Assembly: GCA_012295275.1 (NCBI GenBank)
Contig: CM022679.1
Location: 24,118,001-24,182,000 of the forward strand
Origin: Chrysomallon squamiferum
Taxonomy: Eukaryota > Animalia > Mollusca
Direction of reading: 5' to 3'
DNA length: 64,000 bases
Both the position numbers and the translations under genes were made by a program. Each line of letters starts with the position of its first letter. Position 1 is the stretch's first letter. The notes beneath the pieces were generated by a model that worked only from the letters and a program-made list of their open reading frames with translations, was not told the origin of the DNA and did not search any database. Of the stretch, positions 10,901 through 22,685 are shown piece after piece.

Positions 10901-13224
10901 AAATGAACTGATGTTTTAACATATGTGAATATGTGGGTGTTTAAATCAAATATCTGTTGCTATTGGATACTGTTGTATTTATTGCTCTTCTTATAGATCA
11001 GAACCATGGTTTGCAAGATAACAGAAGTATTCAAAGTACTAACTTGTCCACGTATTCACTGATGTCGTCATATTTTCCTAAGTCTGGCAGCTTGGATTTA
11101 CTCAGTTTCTTTATTCCATGGCTCATCCCTACAGGAACCACTCTGATGTTACTGAAATAATGAAATGACTAATAATAATAATTAAAGAAACACTAGTATA
11201 ATTAATATTAGTAATAATTATTATATTAAATGTAAAATTTCTAAGTCATGACAATAACTGTGAAAAGAACAACATAATCTGTAGTACTAATGACAATTTT
11301 ACACAAATCAGTTATATTGAAAAAGCTATCTACATGATTCATATACGTTTATCACATTCAAATATTTTTGGTGAACATACATAATATTATTAATAAACTA
11401 TCATAGATATGAGTTCTTTTCTCTTCTTTGGCATCGTAGAATAAAATTTAGTAACATTTCTTTTAAATTCAAATGATTTTAAACATGGTATTAAAGCTTA
11501 GGATAATGATGACAACATTTCACTTACTAATGTCTAAGATCTATCATTTTTGTCTCTGGATCATAGTCAATTAGAACACATCTTTTTATGTGATCCAATT
11601 TTACCTGTTAACAGAGAAACAATCAAATCAGTTGTAAATGTTGTAGTTATATTTTAATCTATGAAAGTTTACAAAGAAATCTATCAGCAGCATTAACCTA
11701 TCATCCCTATCTTATCAACATTAGCGACAGTGAGATACAAAACTAGATAAGAATGATGTAGTGATATTTGTAGTGTTACTGAATTATGTAAATTTATAGA
11801 GAAGAACAAATTTATGAATGAAATTTAGAGATAACTATTGTAAAATTTATCATAATATTTTTTAACAAGAGTGTTCTGAAACTTTAAAACCACTATAAAA
11901 AAAGAAGAAAAAAAAAGAAAAAAAGAAGAAATAAAAGGGAAAAGAAGAAGAAAAAAGAATGAAAAAAAGTAAGAAAGAATGAGAAAAATGTAAATAGCTG
12001 TACCTTATTAACATTGATAGAAGGAAACATATTCTGAAACATGGTTGTCATTAGTTTAAGATGCATGCCATCTCCACTGAAGTTGTTCATCACCAGCAGT
12101 GGGTGATGATGATACTGTGATGGCTCAACATTGGGTTTGCGTTGTGCTGAGAGGATGTCACGACTGAAGCAGTAGTTGTGAACTTTGAAAGTCAATGTTG
12201 GACCTCGGGGAAGTCGAATGATTTTCATGTTTGTGGAAATTTCACTTTTTGTGAAAATTATGAAGTGAGTGACATTTAGAACTCCAGCCACATTTACAAA
12301 ATCTTTGAGAACATTTTTCTTTCTTACCTAAGAGATAAAAATAATTAAAAAAATATAGTAGAGAATTAACATATTCGTATTTATACATTTTAAATTATTG
12401 CTTAACATTATTATTATAATTTTAAAACCAAATTTCATCAGTTTTAATAACCAATTAGATGTTTCTAAAATAATCAATCAAAAGAACTTTGTTATAACCA
12501 AAAAACATGAAACATTCTGAAACAAACACAATGATATTGTACATATTTACTCTAAATGAAATCCTGCCTTTTATTCACATGTAAGTAAATATGCTATTTT
12601 GTTCTCGTGAACTCGTATCATAAATTCAAAATAATAAACTTATAAAAAAAACTGTACTGCTATAAAATTTAAAACAATCATATTTATTAATATTTTACTT
12701 TAAGCTTCACTGCAGTGTACGGCTCCATGACTCGTCTGAAGTCAGAGATCAGGTGACGTACATTCTTGCCGACCTGACCGCGGTGAAACACAAACGAGTG
12801 AGGAGCACGTTTAGCTTCCAGTTCCTGAGCATCTTCTGAAGTCTCAGTCCCTTTTGCTGTCTTTCCCTGAAATTATAAAATACTGTTTTCTTAAGATTTT
12901 AGCTTTCAAATACTAATGTAAAGATTAGGTGTGTATTAAATTATTAATCTGTAATGTTTTCTTTAATTCTTTTGACTTTTGTTTAATAATAATAATAATA
13001 AATGATTTTATATGTAATTTAAAAATTTCTGTCTACAAGTACAAATCACTTAGTGACTTAGTCAGTAGTCACCAGTTCCAATTTTAATAATTTAATTTTA
13101 ACTGAATTTTGTTTTATTCATTTATCATTACAATTCATGAACTGGAGTTTACTGCAAATGATTATATTCAGAAAAATTACTTTGATTGTAAAGTATTACA
13201 AAAGCATACCCTTTTCCTTCTCAT
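7454..13224 (-). CDS. PPAN: Peter Pan / suppressor of SWI4 1 homolog (Brix-domain 60S ribosome biogenesis protein), complete 10-exon gene, 522 aa
   Basis: Manually spliced join(13210..13224,12699..12866,12004..12327,11528..11604,11044..11151,10461..10574,9888..10031,9267..9424,8724..8786,7454..7851) totals 1569 nt = 523 codons including the stop. All introns are GT-AG and phases match. Family motifs: PHSFVFHRG, DFRRVMEPYTA, RLPRGPTLTF, FQNMFPSINV, IDLRHY, EVGPRLKLQLVKIEEG, DDDAAYYEKEVG. Confidence 0.97.
7855..7975. repeat. (AAT)n/(AAAT)n microsatellite abutting the PPAN exon 10 acceptor
   Basis: Direct reading. Confidence 0.95.
8349..8522 (-). mobile_element. Decayed SINE-like interspersed repeat in PPAN intron 9
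   Basis: Shares ordered motifs ((GGAA)n...ttattta...cagtt.tat...gaga.ggaaa...tactct) with copies at 63831, 21735 and (inverted) 39676. Strand is inferred from the (TTCC)n tail. Confidence 0.6.
8724..8786 (-). CDS. PPAN: PPAN exon 9
   Basis: (E)VSEDDDAAYYEKEVGIAPDP; ttacag acceptor, gtgagt donor; acidic DDDxxYYxxEVG motif typical of PPAN C-termini. Confidence 0.93.
9267..9424 (-). CDS. PPAN: PPAN exon 8 (charged coiled coil)
   Basis: LLKLKRKEEQAENLRKKQAAREAHKEKSLAGMKAKEKQKAEEDEEIDHKSAS; gttag acceptor, gtaaat donor; within ORF 9094..9591. Confidence 0.94.
9888..10031 (-). CDS. PPAN: PPAN exon 7 (sigma70-like Brix motif)
   Basis: LKEVGPRLKLQLVKIEEGICNGHVMFHEFIEKTPEDLKTQKEMKEQK(R); gacag acceptor, gtatca donor. 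Confidence 0.96.
10461..10574 (-). CDS. PPAN: PPAN exon 6
   Basis: GGNLSESEAEMDGDFNKVTLPQQMAGRGNSKLSQSAV(R); tttcag acceptor, gtatct donor. Confidence 0.95.
11044..11151 (-). CDS. PPAN: PPAN exon 5
   Basis: NIRVVPVGMSHGIKKLSKSKLPDLGKYDDISEYVD(K); tttcag acceptor, gttagt donor. Confidence 0.95.
11528..11604 (-). CDS. PPAN: PPAN exon 4
   Basis: VKLDHIKRCVLIDYDPETKMIDLRH(Y); aacag acceptor, gtaagt donor. Confidence 0.95.
12004..12327 (-). CDS. PPAN: PPAN exon 3 (Brix domain core)
   Basis: VRKKNVLKDFVNVAGVLNVTHF...RLPRGPTLTFKV...FQNMFPSINVNK; cttag acceptor and gtacag donor; overlaps ORF 11893..12291. Confidence 0.97.
12699..12866 (-). CDS. PPAN: PPAN exon 2
   Basis: tttcag acceptor; GKTAKGTETSEDAQELEAKRAPHSFVFHRGQVGKNVRHLISDFRRVMEPYTAVKLK; gtaaaa donor. 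Confidence 0.95.
13210..13224 (-). CDS. PPAN: PPAN coding exon 1 (MRRKR)
   Basis: ATG AGA AGG AAA AGG then gtatgc donor; the phase 0 join gives MRRKR-GKTAK; lies about 80 bp from the YY1/ETS promoter motif. Confidence 0.8.
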
Positions 13225-13303
13225 TGTTTTATAGGTGTGTACTTATTTATATTGTCAGTGTAGTTGATTTTAAAACTCGTGTTTACGTTTCACAATATTT
13301 CGC

Positions 13304-13350
13304 ACATGGCGGAAGTTGGAGCGGATATCATTTTAACTTCAATGCGCATG
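13304..13350 (-). promoter_or_regulatory. PPAN core promoter: overlapping YY1 and ETS/GABP sites plus an NRF1-like half site
   Basis: ACATGGCGGAAGT at 13304..13316 (YY1 ATGGCG fused to ETS GCGGAAGT) and TGCGCATG near 13343, 80-125 bp upstream of the ATG. These motifs are typical of metazoan housekeeping promoters. Confidence 0.65.
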
Positions 13351-13873
13351 ACAAGTAAAAGCTAATATAGTACATAGTTTCAACCCATAACCAAAACTGG
13401 ACTCTAGGCAAACAGTTTTGAAATGTACAACTAATATCATACTAAATTACTGCAACAACAACAACTATTACTACTACTATAACAACAATTACAAACGTGT
13501 TTCGTTTTTGTTTTTTTTAGTTTTTCAGCAGATAACCCCACATCGAAAAAAACACGAGTTGAACTGTAATAAACAGAAAAATAATTCTAGTTCAGCTCTT
13601 TCATTTGTCTTTGTTACTTAATAGTGAAAAAAGACTGATGATACAGGTTGAAAAAGCTAATGCGTCTGCATAGTTTAAATATTATTTCTTTCTTTAATTT
13701 GAAACTAACAATATTAATTGTCAGAATTTTGTATATACTGTGTCTTTTTCGGTGACGACGCAAATACTCTTTTCTGTCATACTGGCACTGCATGCTCTAG
13801 CCATGACTGGAAATCCATATTATGTTTATCATCATCATCAGAATAATAATAATAATAATAATCATTATCATCA

Positions 13874-13913
<40 letters not shown>

Positions 13914-13922
13914 CATTATCAG

Positions 13923-13958
<36 letters not shown>

Positions 13959-14360
13959 TATTATTATTATTATTGCAGTTATTTTTATTAATACTATTAT
14001 TTTATTATCCTGAATAGGGATGCGTTAAATGGATTTTTAAACTTTCGAAATTAAACAAAACGAAATAGAATTTATTTAGCGAGTTTGAAACGAAATACCC
14101 AGTGTAAAATATCAGTACCCACTGTTAAATATTGAATTTTATGATAAGAAAATATTAAATTGTAACTGATCAAACCAAATCCTTCCTGTAAGAGCAAATA
14201 AACAGTATTAATTTAAATAAAAATATGTCTGTCATTAATTTTCAAGATTAATACCCAGGGGTCATGGATGAAAGTCACTTCACTGACATTATAAGAGACG
14301 AAACCTGCTTTCTGTGGCTAAATTACCTATATCTCTGATTTGGCCTGGGTTGCAGGTTTC

Positions 14361-14500
14361 GCCAATAAAAGTTTTGCCCTTTAGAAAAACAAGGGGTAAA
14401 CGGTAAGCTGATCGTTGATTGGCTGATGTTAGATGTTACAAGCAGTTGTTGCGTCTTTATATACGCGCGATTTTAATTTCAGCTCAAGACTCTGTGATGT
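14361..14500 (+). promoter_or_regulatory. CCAAT/TATA promoter candidate divergent from PPAN
   Basis: GCCAAT at 14361..14366, reverse CCAAT GATTGGCT at 14417..14424, and TTTATATA at 14456..14463 flanked by CpG-rich bases. Confidence 0.4.
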
Positions 14501-17500
14501 TGTACAGAAGACAGCAGGGCGAGATACAACGACGGTTTAATGGAACGAACAATGAAAGAGCTCCATAGTAGATAGTCCTTCCAAGATGTTGTAAACAGTC
14601 TGAAGATATCAAAGATAACTTTAATAGGATTTAGAAACTCTGAAGCTCAAGATGATGGAACTCATATCCCTAATTAATTAACCATAATTACAGAACTTTG
14701 TTTACTTCCACATTTAATGCTCGGATATATTTCTGAACTTTGAATAAATATCCGATTGATGTCGATGTGTTTATGGCATTTTTTTTAAAACTTGAATAAA
14801 TATAACAGTTCATGTTTTTCAGATTTATAATAACTGGCCCAAAGTGCCTCACTTGGTAGTCAGTTGAGCTTACCCGGGTCAGGTATTCGTTGGATGGTTT
14901 GAACACTTTTTTTTTTTTTTTTTTTTTTTTTTTTGCAATGAAAATTTTCACTAGTATACACTTGTCTGACCAAAACTATATTTCGGCAAAAACACACACG
15001 CGCACACGCACACGCACACGCACACACACACACAGACACATACAAACACACACACACACACACACACACACAGAGACACATACATACACACACAAACACC
15101 CACACAAACATCATCCATATATATTTACACTATATGCACAAACATATGAAAATACAATATACATAAATGCTTACAGATATACAAATATACATACATACAT
15201 ACATACATACCTACATATGTGCATACATACATAATACATACGTACATACATACATACATACGTACATACAAACAAATATGCATACATACATCCATTCACA
15301 TATAACACATACGAGACAAATAAACACAATTACATAGATAAACAAACGACACACATCAGACACGGTACAAACATTCGCCAAACAGACAGATACTAGCAAC
15401 AAACGAAAACAAAACGAAGTCGTGTCAAAGTGGGGAAAAAATATGGGTCATCTCACGCTGTTTTCCGACTGGCGTTATTAACTCGAGAAGAAACAACAAT
15501 GATCAAAGCAAAGTGTAAAATTGTTATTACAATTACGAAAGTGAAAAATCCATCAAAATGTTTTGTATATTACGATGAAGCATTTTTCTCTGCGGTCATT
15601 TACCGGTGTCGGTGTCATTTCCTCGTCAAGAGATTATAACCTTTTATCTGAAACAGAAATCAGACGTAATGAACCCGACCATAACTGACGTCTGCACGAA
15701 CCGGCCTTGTTGTACACAACCTTTGGTCTTCGATCGATAGCAACGTCTTGGGTATACATTAGCGTTGCAGTGCACGTCTCGCTCGTAATTTATTGCAGTA
15801 TTTTAATTTTCAAGTTCTCACGAGAACCGAATAACAGTACCAAACGAACCAAGTACATTTTTCTTTGTAAGATTTATTTTATTTTATTTTTATTTTTTCC
15901 TTTTTATTACCATGTGATTTTTTCTATTCAAATTTCTTTAATTCAAATATGTTTTTTTGTTTGTTTATTTTTTTTTTTTTTTTTTTAATTTATTTGTATT
16001 ATTATTATTTCTCGAGGTTCACACGTCATTTGCGTATTATAAACAAAAGTACTGAAACTTTTAAAACATTCTTTTCCTGCTCTCGTTGAAGATTAAAAAT
16101 AAAAATTTAAAATAACACAACTATTTTTTATTTTTTATTTTTTTTTTTATTTTTTTTTAATCCTTTTGTTAATTGATTTTTTTTTCTACACAAATCTGTT
16201 CTTTACGTAAAAGAACAGATTTCTACTCAAATATTGTTTTCACCAACGGAAAAATATCAATTTTACTTGACTGAACAAATAACTTAGGTTAAAAAAAAAA
16301 TGTACGTTTTCCATTTATGCTTAACTACAGGTGCTGACGTTCTAAGCTTGTCTCGCCACGATAATAGAATCAAGGAAATGGGATTGTTTCTCCAAGGCGG
16401 GATTGTTGTTAATATGTAAAACAGGGATTAGAGACAAGAAAGAATGAAAAACTATAGTAATTTTCCAGTCAGAAGCATCCACGGAGATGATATATAAGTA
16501 ACTAGATAATAAATCGTATATCAAATCAAACCGATCAAAATTTGTTTTTCTTCTTTTTTCTATATCTCTTTTTTTTTTTTTTTTTTTTTTGTTTGTTTGT
16601 TTATTTATTTATTTATTAATTATTTTTTTAAATTTATTTGTTTGTTCTTATTGTTATTGTCGTTTTATTGTCCTTTAAGATATGTTTTGGACAGATAATA
16701 TATTTCTTTTCGTGAAACTCTTGTCCTGAAATATAAATTTTGTGAATAATTTTCAAATCATGTTCCTTTAGTGTATGACTCGTCGGTATAAAATGCACCT
16801 CGTTAACATGCAAGGTCAAACAATTCACATTAAATCGCGCTTTAAAACATTACTCAGTTATTTATTAGTTCAAACATGTAATTTATTCCCCCTTACGGTG
16901 TTTTAATAGCAAAATTTACTGAAAAGACCAACTTCGAATTTTATATTCGACTTCATGGTTTTATTTAATTATTTTTAATTTTAATTTTGTTTTTTAATTT
17001 TGTGTTTATGTGCATACTTAAATTTTGTTCATTTGTGTTGATATGGTTTCAACATGTAGTTTAAAAAAAAAAAAAAGAAGAAGAAAAGGAAAAAAGAAAG
17101 AAAAACACAGACGACTTGCTTATCTACATACTACATAATTCTCAGAGCTTATGTTAATCAGGCAAAGTACCATAACCAGGAAAAAAACCGACTTCCTAAT
17201 GGGCATTACACAGTAATTAAAGCAAAGCTGTGTTGGAGAATCATTATTATCATTACTTTTTTTTAAAAATAAATTGGTCGATTTAGAATTTATATTTTTA
17301 TTTTTTTTTTTTTTTTAAATCAGTAAACCACTTTATTTGAATATTCCAAAACCAATTTTAACGTTAATCATCATCAATTTGTAGGTGTTCTAATATTTGA
17401 ATTTTCGGATTTATTACAACTCGTATAAACAGGATTCCTTTGAAGACTGCCAGAGTTAATGAAATGTTCGTTTTATATCTTATCTTTGATGATTACAACA

Positions 17501-18125
17501 ACAACGACGACAAAAAGAAGAAACAATAAACAACAAATGGAGGACATAATTTTAAAAACATAAAAAAAAGAGAAATGTTAGAATTTACATGTTTTTTATG
17601 CTAATAATGAAAACAGAATGTTAATAAAACTATATCATTAAACAGAACAAATTTTATCGTCGAACAGCATAAATATTATAATTATTTATCACTATGTTCC
17701 ATACGGGTCTTTTTCTTTTACTAGACTTGCTTCATGACTAACTCGACACCCACTCCACAACATCTACGAATATGAATCAACCCAGCAGGCACATGTAATT
17801 CTCATTAGTAAACACATACGCAGCGACAACTCATTTTTATTGCCTGATTGTTTACCTAATTACCAGCGTGAAGCAGTTTTACAAATGGCGAATCTTTCCT
17901 AATAATTACAAGGACAAGAATTATATCGTCGGATTCTAATCCAAAAAAATAAAAAATGGATAAACACGTGTTTAAAAGGGTCACGTCGGAAACGTAAGAA
18001 CTGTTAATGGTAAAAACAAAGATGCGTTCGTTTTTATATGCGTGCATTCTATTAAATAAAAACAACAACAAAAAACAACAGTTCCAATATATTCTGCATA
18101 CTTCAAAGTTATGCTGTTATTATTA

Positions 18126-18187
<62 letters not shown>

Positions 18188-18619
18188 GAATAATTGCTTT
18201 AGGTTAGTCATTCGTTTCGTCTAAGGAACACTTAATATGAAGATCATTAAATTTTATTCATCATACTACATGCAAAAACAAAAAAAAGAACAACAACAAC
18301 AAAAAACAAACACAACAACAGCAACAACAACAACAATAATAATAATAATATTTAATTATTTAAATGTCAGTTCTGTTTTGGGTTTTTTGTTGTTTTTTTC
18401 CAGATAATTGTTGTGCACAATATAAAAAGTGTCATTATTTTAGTTTCTTCATCTTAAAACGAAGCGATGTCATTTTTCTTAGCATAGACATACATTATTT
18501 TGATTAATAAGCGGACTGGTTTATAAAACAATAACTCGAGGTGGTATTATACACGTCGACTGGCGTCTCAAAAATGTTGCTGTGTCATCCAGATTATTAT
18601 GGAAGAATAAATTTAATTT

Positions 18620-18646
18620 AAATAATAATAATAATAATAATAATAA

Positions 18647-18677
<31 letters not shown>

Positions 18678-18735
18678 AAGAAGAAGAAGAAGAAGAAGAA
18701 GAAGAAGAAGAAAGAAAGAAAGAAAGAAAGAAAAG
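18620..18735. repeat. Compound (AAT)n(AAG)n(AAAG)n microsatellite
   Basis: Direct reading. Confidence 0.95.
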
Positions 18736-20479
18736 AAAAAATAATTTAAGTGCACACCTCTGCCTAAGACATTCATATTATGTTAAAACAAATATTAATA
18801 TGAAATTACAAATAACTATTATTGTTTTTGTTGTGGTACTCTTTGTTTATGTTAAAAATATATATGTTTTAAGAAACATAGTTATTAATTGTACTGACCA
18901 TTATTTTGTTTACTTAATAAAACAGGTAACAACAGAGGTACTCTGAATTTTGAAAGTCGTCTCATTTGTTACTGGACAAAGTTGAGTTAAGTCACAAGAT
19001 CTGTAGCCACTGAGTTTTCGCCTTTATACCTTTTTTTTTCAGAACTGGTTTATATTCAGCAGTCTATTAAAGAGCTTTTCCAATGGGAAGACTTTTTTTT
19101 GAAAATCTCCTGTCACTAATTAGACAACAAACCTAATAACAGTGCAAATTTGAATGTATTTCTTGTGTTGTTAGGATAAATCTATATTCCTTGAATAATG
19201 CATACTCCATAATGATAAGGAGGGATAAAATATTCATAAAAATGATAGATGATTAAGATGATGGTTTTTATTATTATTATTATTATTATAATGATTAAAT
19301 CCACAACAAAGTGGTCTGAATAAACAGAAAGAGATGTTCGTAGACAACTGAGCTGATAGGCAGGCACTGGATATTTGACAAAGGTAAAATGACGAAATCA
19401 ATCCACTAGAAATGACGTATCATCGTTTTTTATTACCACTCTTGAACAACAGAAACCAGTCTTGGGAAATCATTACGTGTAACCTTTTTAGTTACATCAC
19501 AGATTGTTATCCATCATACAGAGCCAATACACGTTTTAACGCATTCTACGTCTAGTTCAATTTATTCAAAACAAAGCGAGCGTACTCCCAGTCTTGGTAA
19601 TTGCTTTGTGGGCGAACTAATTGGCTCAAAGGGGAGCCGATGACGTGATGAAGACAAAAAGCCAGGACTTTGGAATAAAATGTGTTTGCCCTCCCTGAAG
19701 ACTTTGTTGTAACTAGGCCTCGGTCAAGGAATCAGAATGAGAGAAAGAAAAAAGTGCATGCAACAGAAATCGTTATCCATTAACCTGGTAGGACTATACA
19801 CAGTGGTTAAAGAAACAGGATGGCCTTTCTTATCTTTAGGACATTCTGGTGCTTTTCTATAAATTGTAGATTTCTTTACAGACAAAAGAATAAAAAATAA
19901 TAAATAAATAAATAATATATATATATAAAATTAATAAATAAATAAATAAAAATAAATATATATATATATATATATATATAAATATATATATAAAAAATAA
20001 ATAAAAAATAAATAAAAATAAATATAAATAAATAAATAAATATAAATAAACAATAAAAATTTTAAATAAATTATAAAAATTTTTTTTTTTTTTTTGCTTT
20101 TTAAAAGATTATAATTTTTTTTTTTTTTTTTTTTGAAACGTATATTAGTTCGGCCGCATAAAATTGTTGTATTTGCCACTAAATTAATAATAACAACAAC
20201 ACAGATAGAGCAATTTCATATTTTACTTTCTTTCTCTTTTTAAATGCATTGTAAATTCATTGCAAGAAAAGGGACACACCGTTTTAGATAATACATATGA
20301 AAAAGAATAAATAAATAAATAAATATATAAACCTGACAATGCGTAACCTATCGCATATTTATGAACACAACTACCATACGAAACATTTTAATGTCAGAAC
20401 TGACCACAATCTGAGCATGATAACATTCACAGACGCAAAACTTCTGTGCCATCTGGTTCGACATTGTTGTTTTTCACTT

Positions 20480-20800
20480 TTATCTTCCCCCAATTAACGA
20501 CGCGCACCGCGGAATATCCTTGAACGAATTAACGATATTGGTCTTCGCTTTTTTAAAAAAGAAGAAAGGGCAAATTATATCGAGTCACGTGCTGAGAATG
20601 GACAAACTGCGCCTTTGAACGTAATATCGGAGCTCTATTCGACGGTTGAGTTCTGTGGATCGCATAAGCACGCTTTTGCTCTAATAACACAGTGTCCTTA
20701 ACGCCGGAACGTGAACTATGAGCTATTGATCTCGTAAAGCAGCCAATAGAGAGTCTCACTATACTCAGATCTTACTACAGTGTGTGTACGTTTTCGATCA
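20480..20800 (+). promoter_or_regulatory. CpG-rich promoter candidate
   Basis: E-box CACGTG at 20586..20591 and AGCCAAT at 20741..20747 in a CpG-dense patch; splice donors follow at 20941 and 21357. Confidence 0.35.
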
Positions 20801-21296
20801 CCGAGTAAAAACAATGTGAGAAGAGTACTGCCGCGCAAAGATACATTTCTCAGTGTTAATTTTCTTTTTCAATTACCTTTTTTTTTTTTCAATCTCCTCA
20901 AGACAGAGAGGGAAAAATTTAGTTTAAAGGGCAAGAAATTGTAAGTCAAAAGAATATTTTTGTTTTCAGCATTTCAGTCCAGCGTTTTGGACGAACTGAA
21001 ATTCTTTCGACAACTTATACTTAATTATATAAAAAAAAAAAAAAGAGAGGATTTTTTTCAGTGTTTGTGGAATACTGATAGTCAAGATTGTTCTTTCTGT
21101 ATTGTCAGCAACCGCTTTACTGACGTTACAAATTTGTGTTAGAAAAATAGATATTTTAAATATATGTAAATTTAAAAGAAAAATGTGATGGTAAAGTGAC
21201 AGTAACTGGACACACAAGTCTGAGAATGTTATAGAAGAGTTTTCAGTGATTGTTTTTGTATATCAAAGATGTAATCAAGAAAACTAAAACGTCCAA

Positions 21297-21356
21297 ATGC
21301 AAACTGACATGCGTGTTGAGAGCGGCTATTGCAATGTTCTGAGATCGTGTTGTAGG
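21297..21356 (+). CDS. Candidate alternative first coding exon of the SEA-protein gene (MQTDMRVESGYCNVLRSCCR)
   Basis: ATG-initiated 20 codons ending at a strong AGG|gtgagt phase-0 donor, compatible with the phase-0 acceptor ctcttctgcag|GCG at 44887; promoter-like region about 0.55 kb upstream. Confidence 0.45.
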
Positions 21357-21621
21357 GTGAGTAGATTTCGTTTATTTATTTTTATTTTTAAAACTCTTAA
21401 ACTTGCGACGAGGAAACTTTTTTTTAAAATTATTATTAAGACAGAGATTACAATTATTATCATATTTAAAAAAGTAAATGTGTAAATATATGATATATAT
21501 ATATTTTTTTTTTTTTATAAGTAATATTTTTTTCACTTATTATTATTAATAACACTCATGAATGTTACATGAACACAGATTTTGTTTCCATAAGTAATAT
21601 AATAGTATTAACAGCGTACTT

Positions 21622-21661
<40 letters not shown>

Positions 21662-21734
21662 TGAAAATACCTATTGGTTAATAGCATACTTAAAAAGTAT
21701 TTGAACATTTAATCGTTATTAGTGTTTGAATGAT

Positions 21735-22030
21735 GAAATTAATGAGAATTTGTTATTTATACCTCAATACATGTAAGTAACGGTTATTAAGTGTCAAACG
21801 TATTGTTTTTGTATAATGATGAAGGGAGAAAGAGATTTGCAGTCACATAGTGGTCTACTCTTATTGATTAGCAGCAAGGCATTTTATAAACTCTTTACAT
21901 ATACGATCAATGTGTGGTCATTCTCGGAGAAGAGGCTGGATTGGGAAATAGTCCAATGGTTACATTGAGAAAAACCGATCTAGCAGCTTATCATTCCTCG
22001 TGCATATGCTCTAATGATTTGATTACAGTT
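21735..22030 (-). mobile_element. Decayed SINE-like repeat copy
   Basis: aacggttatt...ctactcttattgattagcagcaaggcattttata...ggctggattgggaaatagtccaatgg, the same motif order as the other copies. Confidence 0.55.
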
Positions 22031-22081
22031 TACTAATTTTCAGAATTACAGAAAGAATCCGATAATGTATGAATTATTAGG

Positions 22082-22144
<63 letters not shown>

Positions 22145-22637
22145 GTTTGTTTGTGTGTTTTCTATGTATGTATTTGTACGTTACATGCATATTGTTATAT
22201 AGATTTTTGTTTGTCTCGTGTTCTTCGTTTTATTTATATCACAAAATGAGTGCTTCGTAATTTCATCAACACGCTTATAATAAATAATAAATTTAACTGT
22301 ATGTATTTAGTTTATTTATGTCTACATTTGTGCTTCGATTTCATTTATTTCACGTAACTTTATGGACAAACCACGATGCATATTAATTTCAACGTACATT
22401 CATTAACTGTGCTCCAGGAAAAAAAGAAAAGGAAAAAACCAAAAGATCCACAATACGACAGTCGTTTAAAACCTACATATAAGTTTCAGATACCTATTAT
22501 TCACATTATTTCATTGCGTTTCTTAATGAATTTATGTTTTTATTATAGCATTATGTCTTATATTATGTAAAATAATCAAAATGGTATTGAATACGCCCCA
22601 TACAATGAACAAGAGAGTATTAAAATTTGAAAACAGG

Positions 22638-22685
<48 letters not shown>

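Noticed and set aside
7852-13209. C/D-box snoRNAs in PPAN introns
   Set aside because: No sense-strand RUGAUGA...CUGA pair with suitable spacing and terminal stem was found; the GTGATGA hits near 8070 and 8415 are on the antisense strand, and the second lies within a SINE-like copy.
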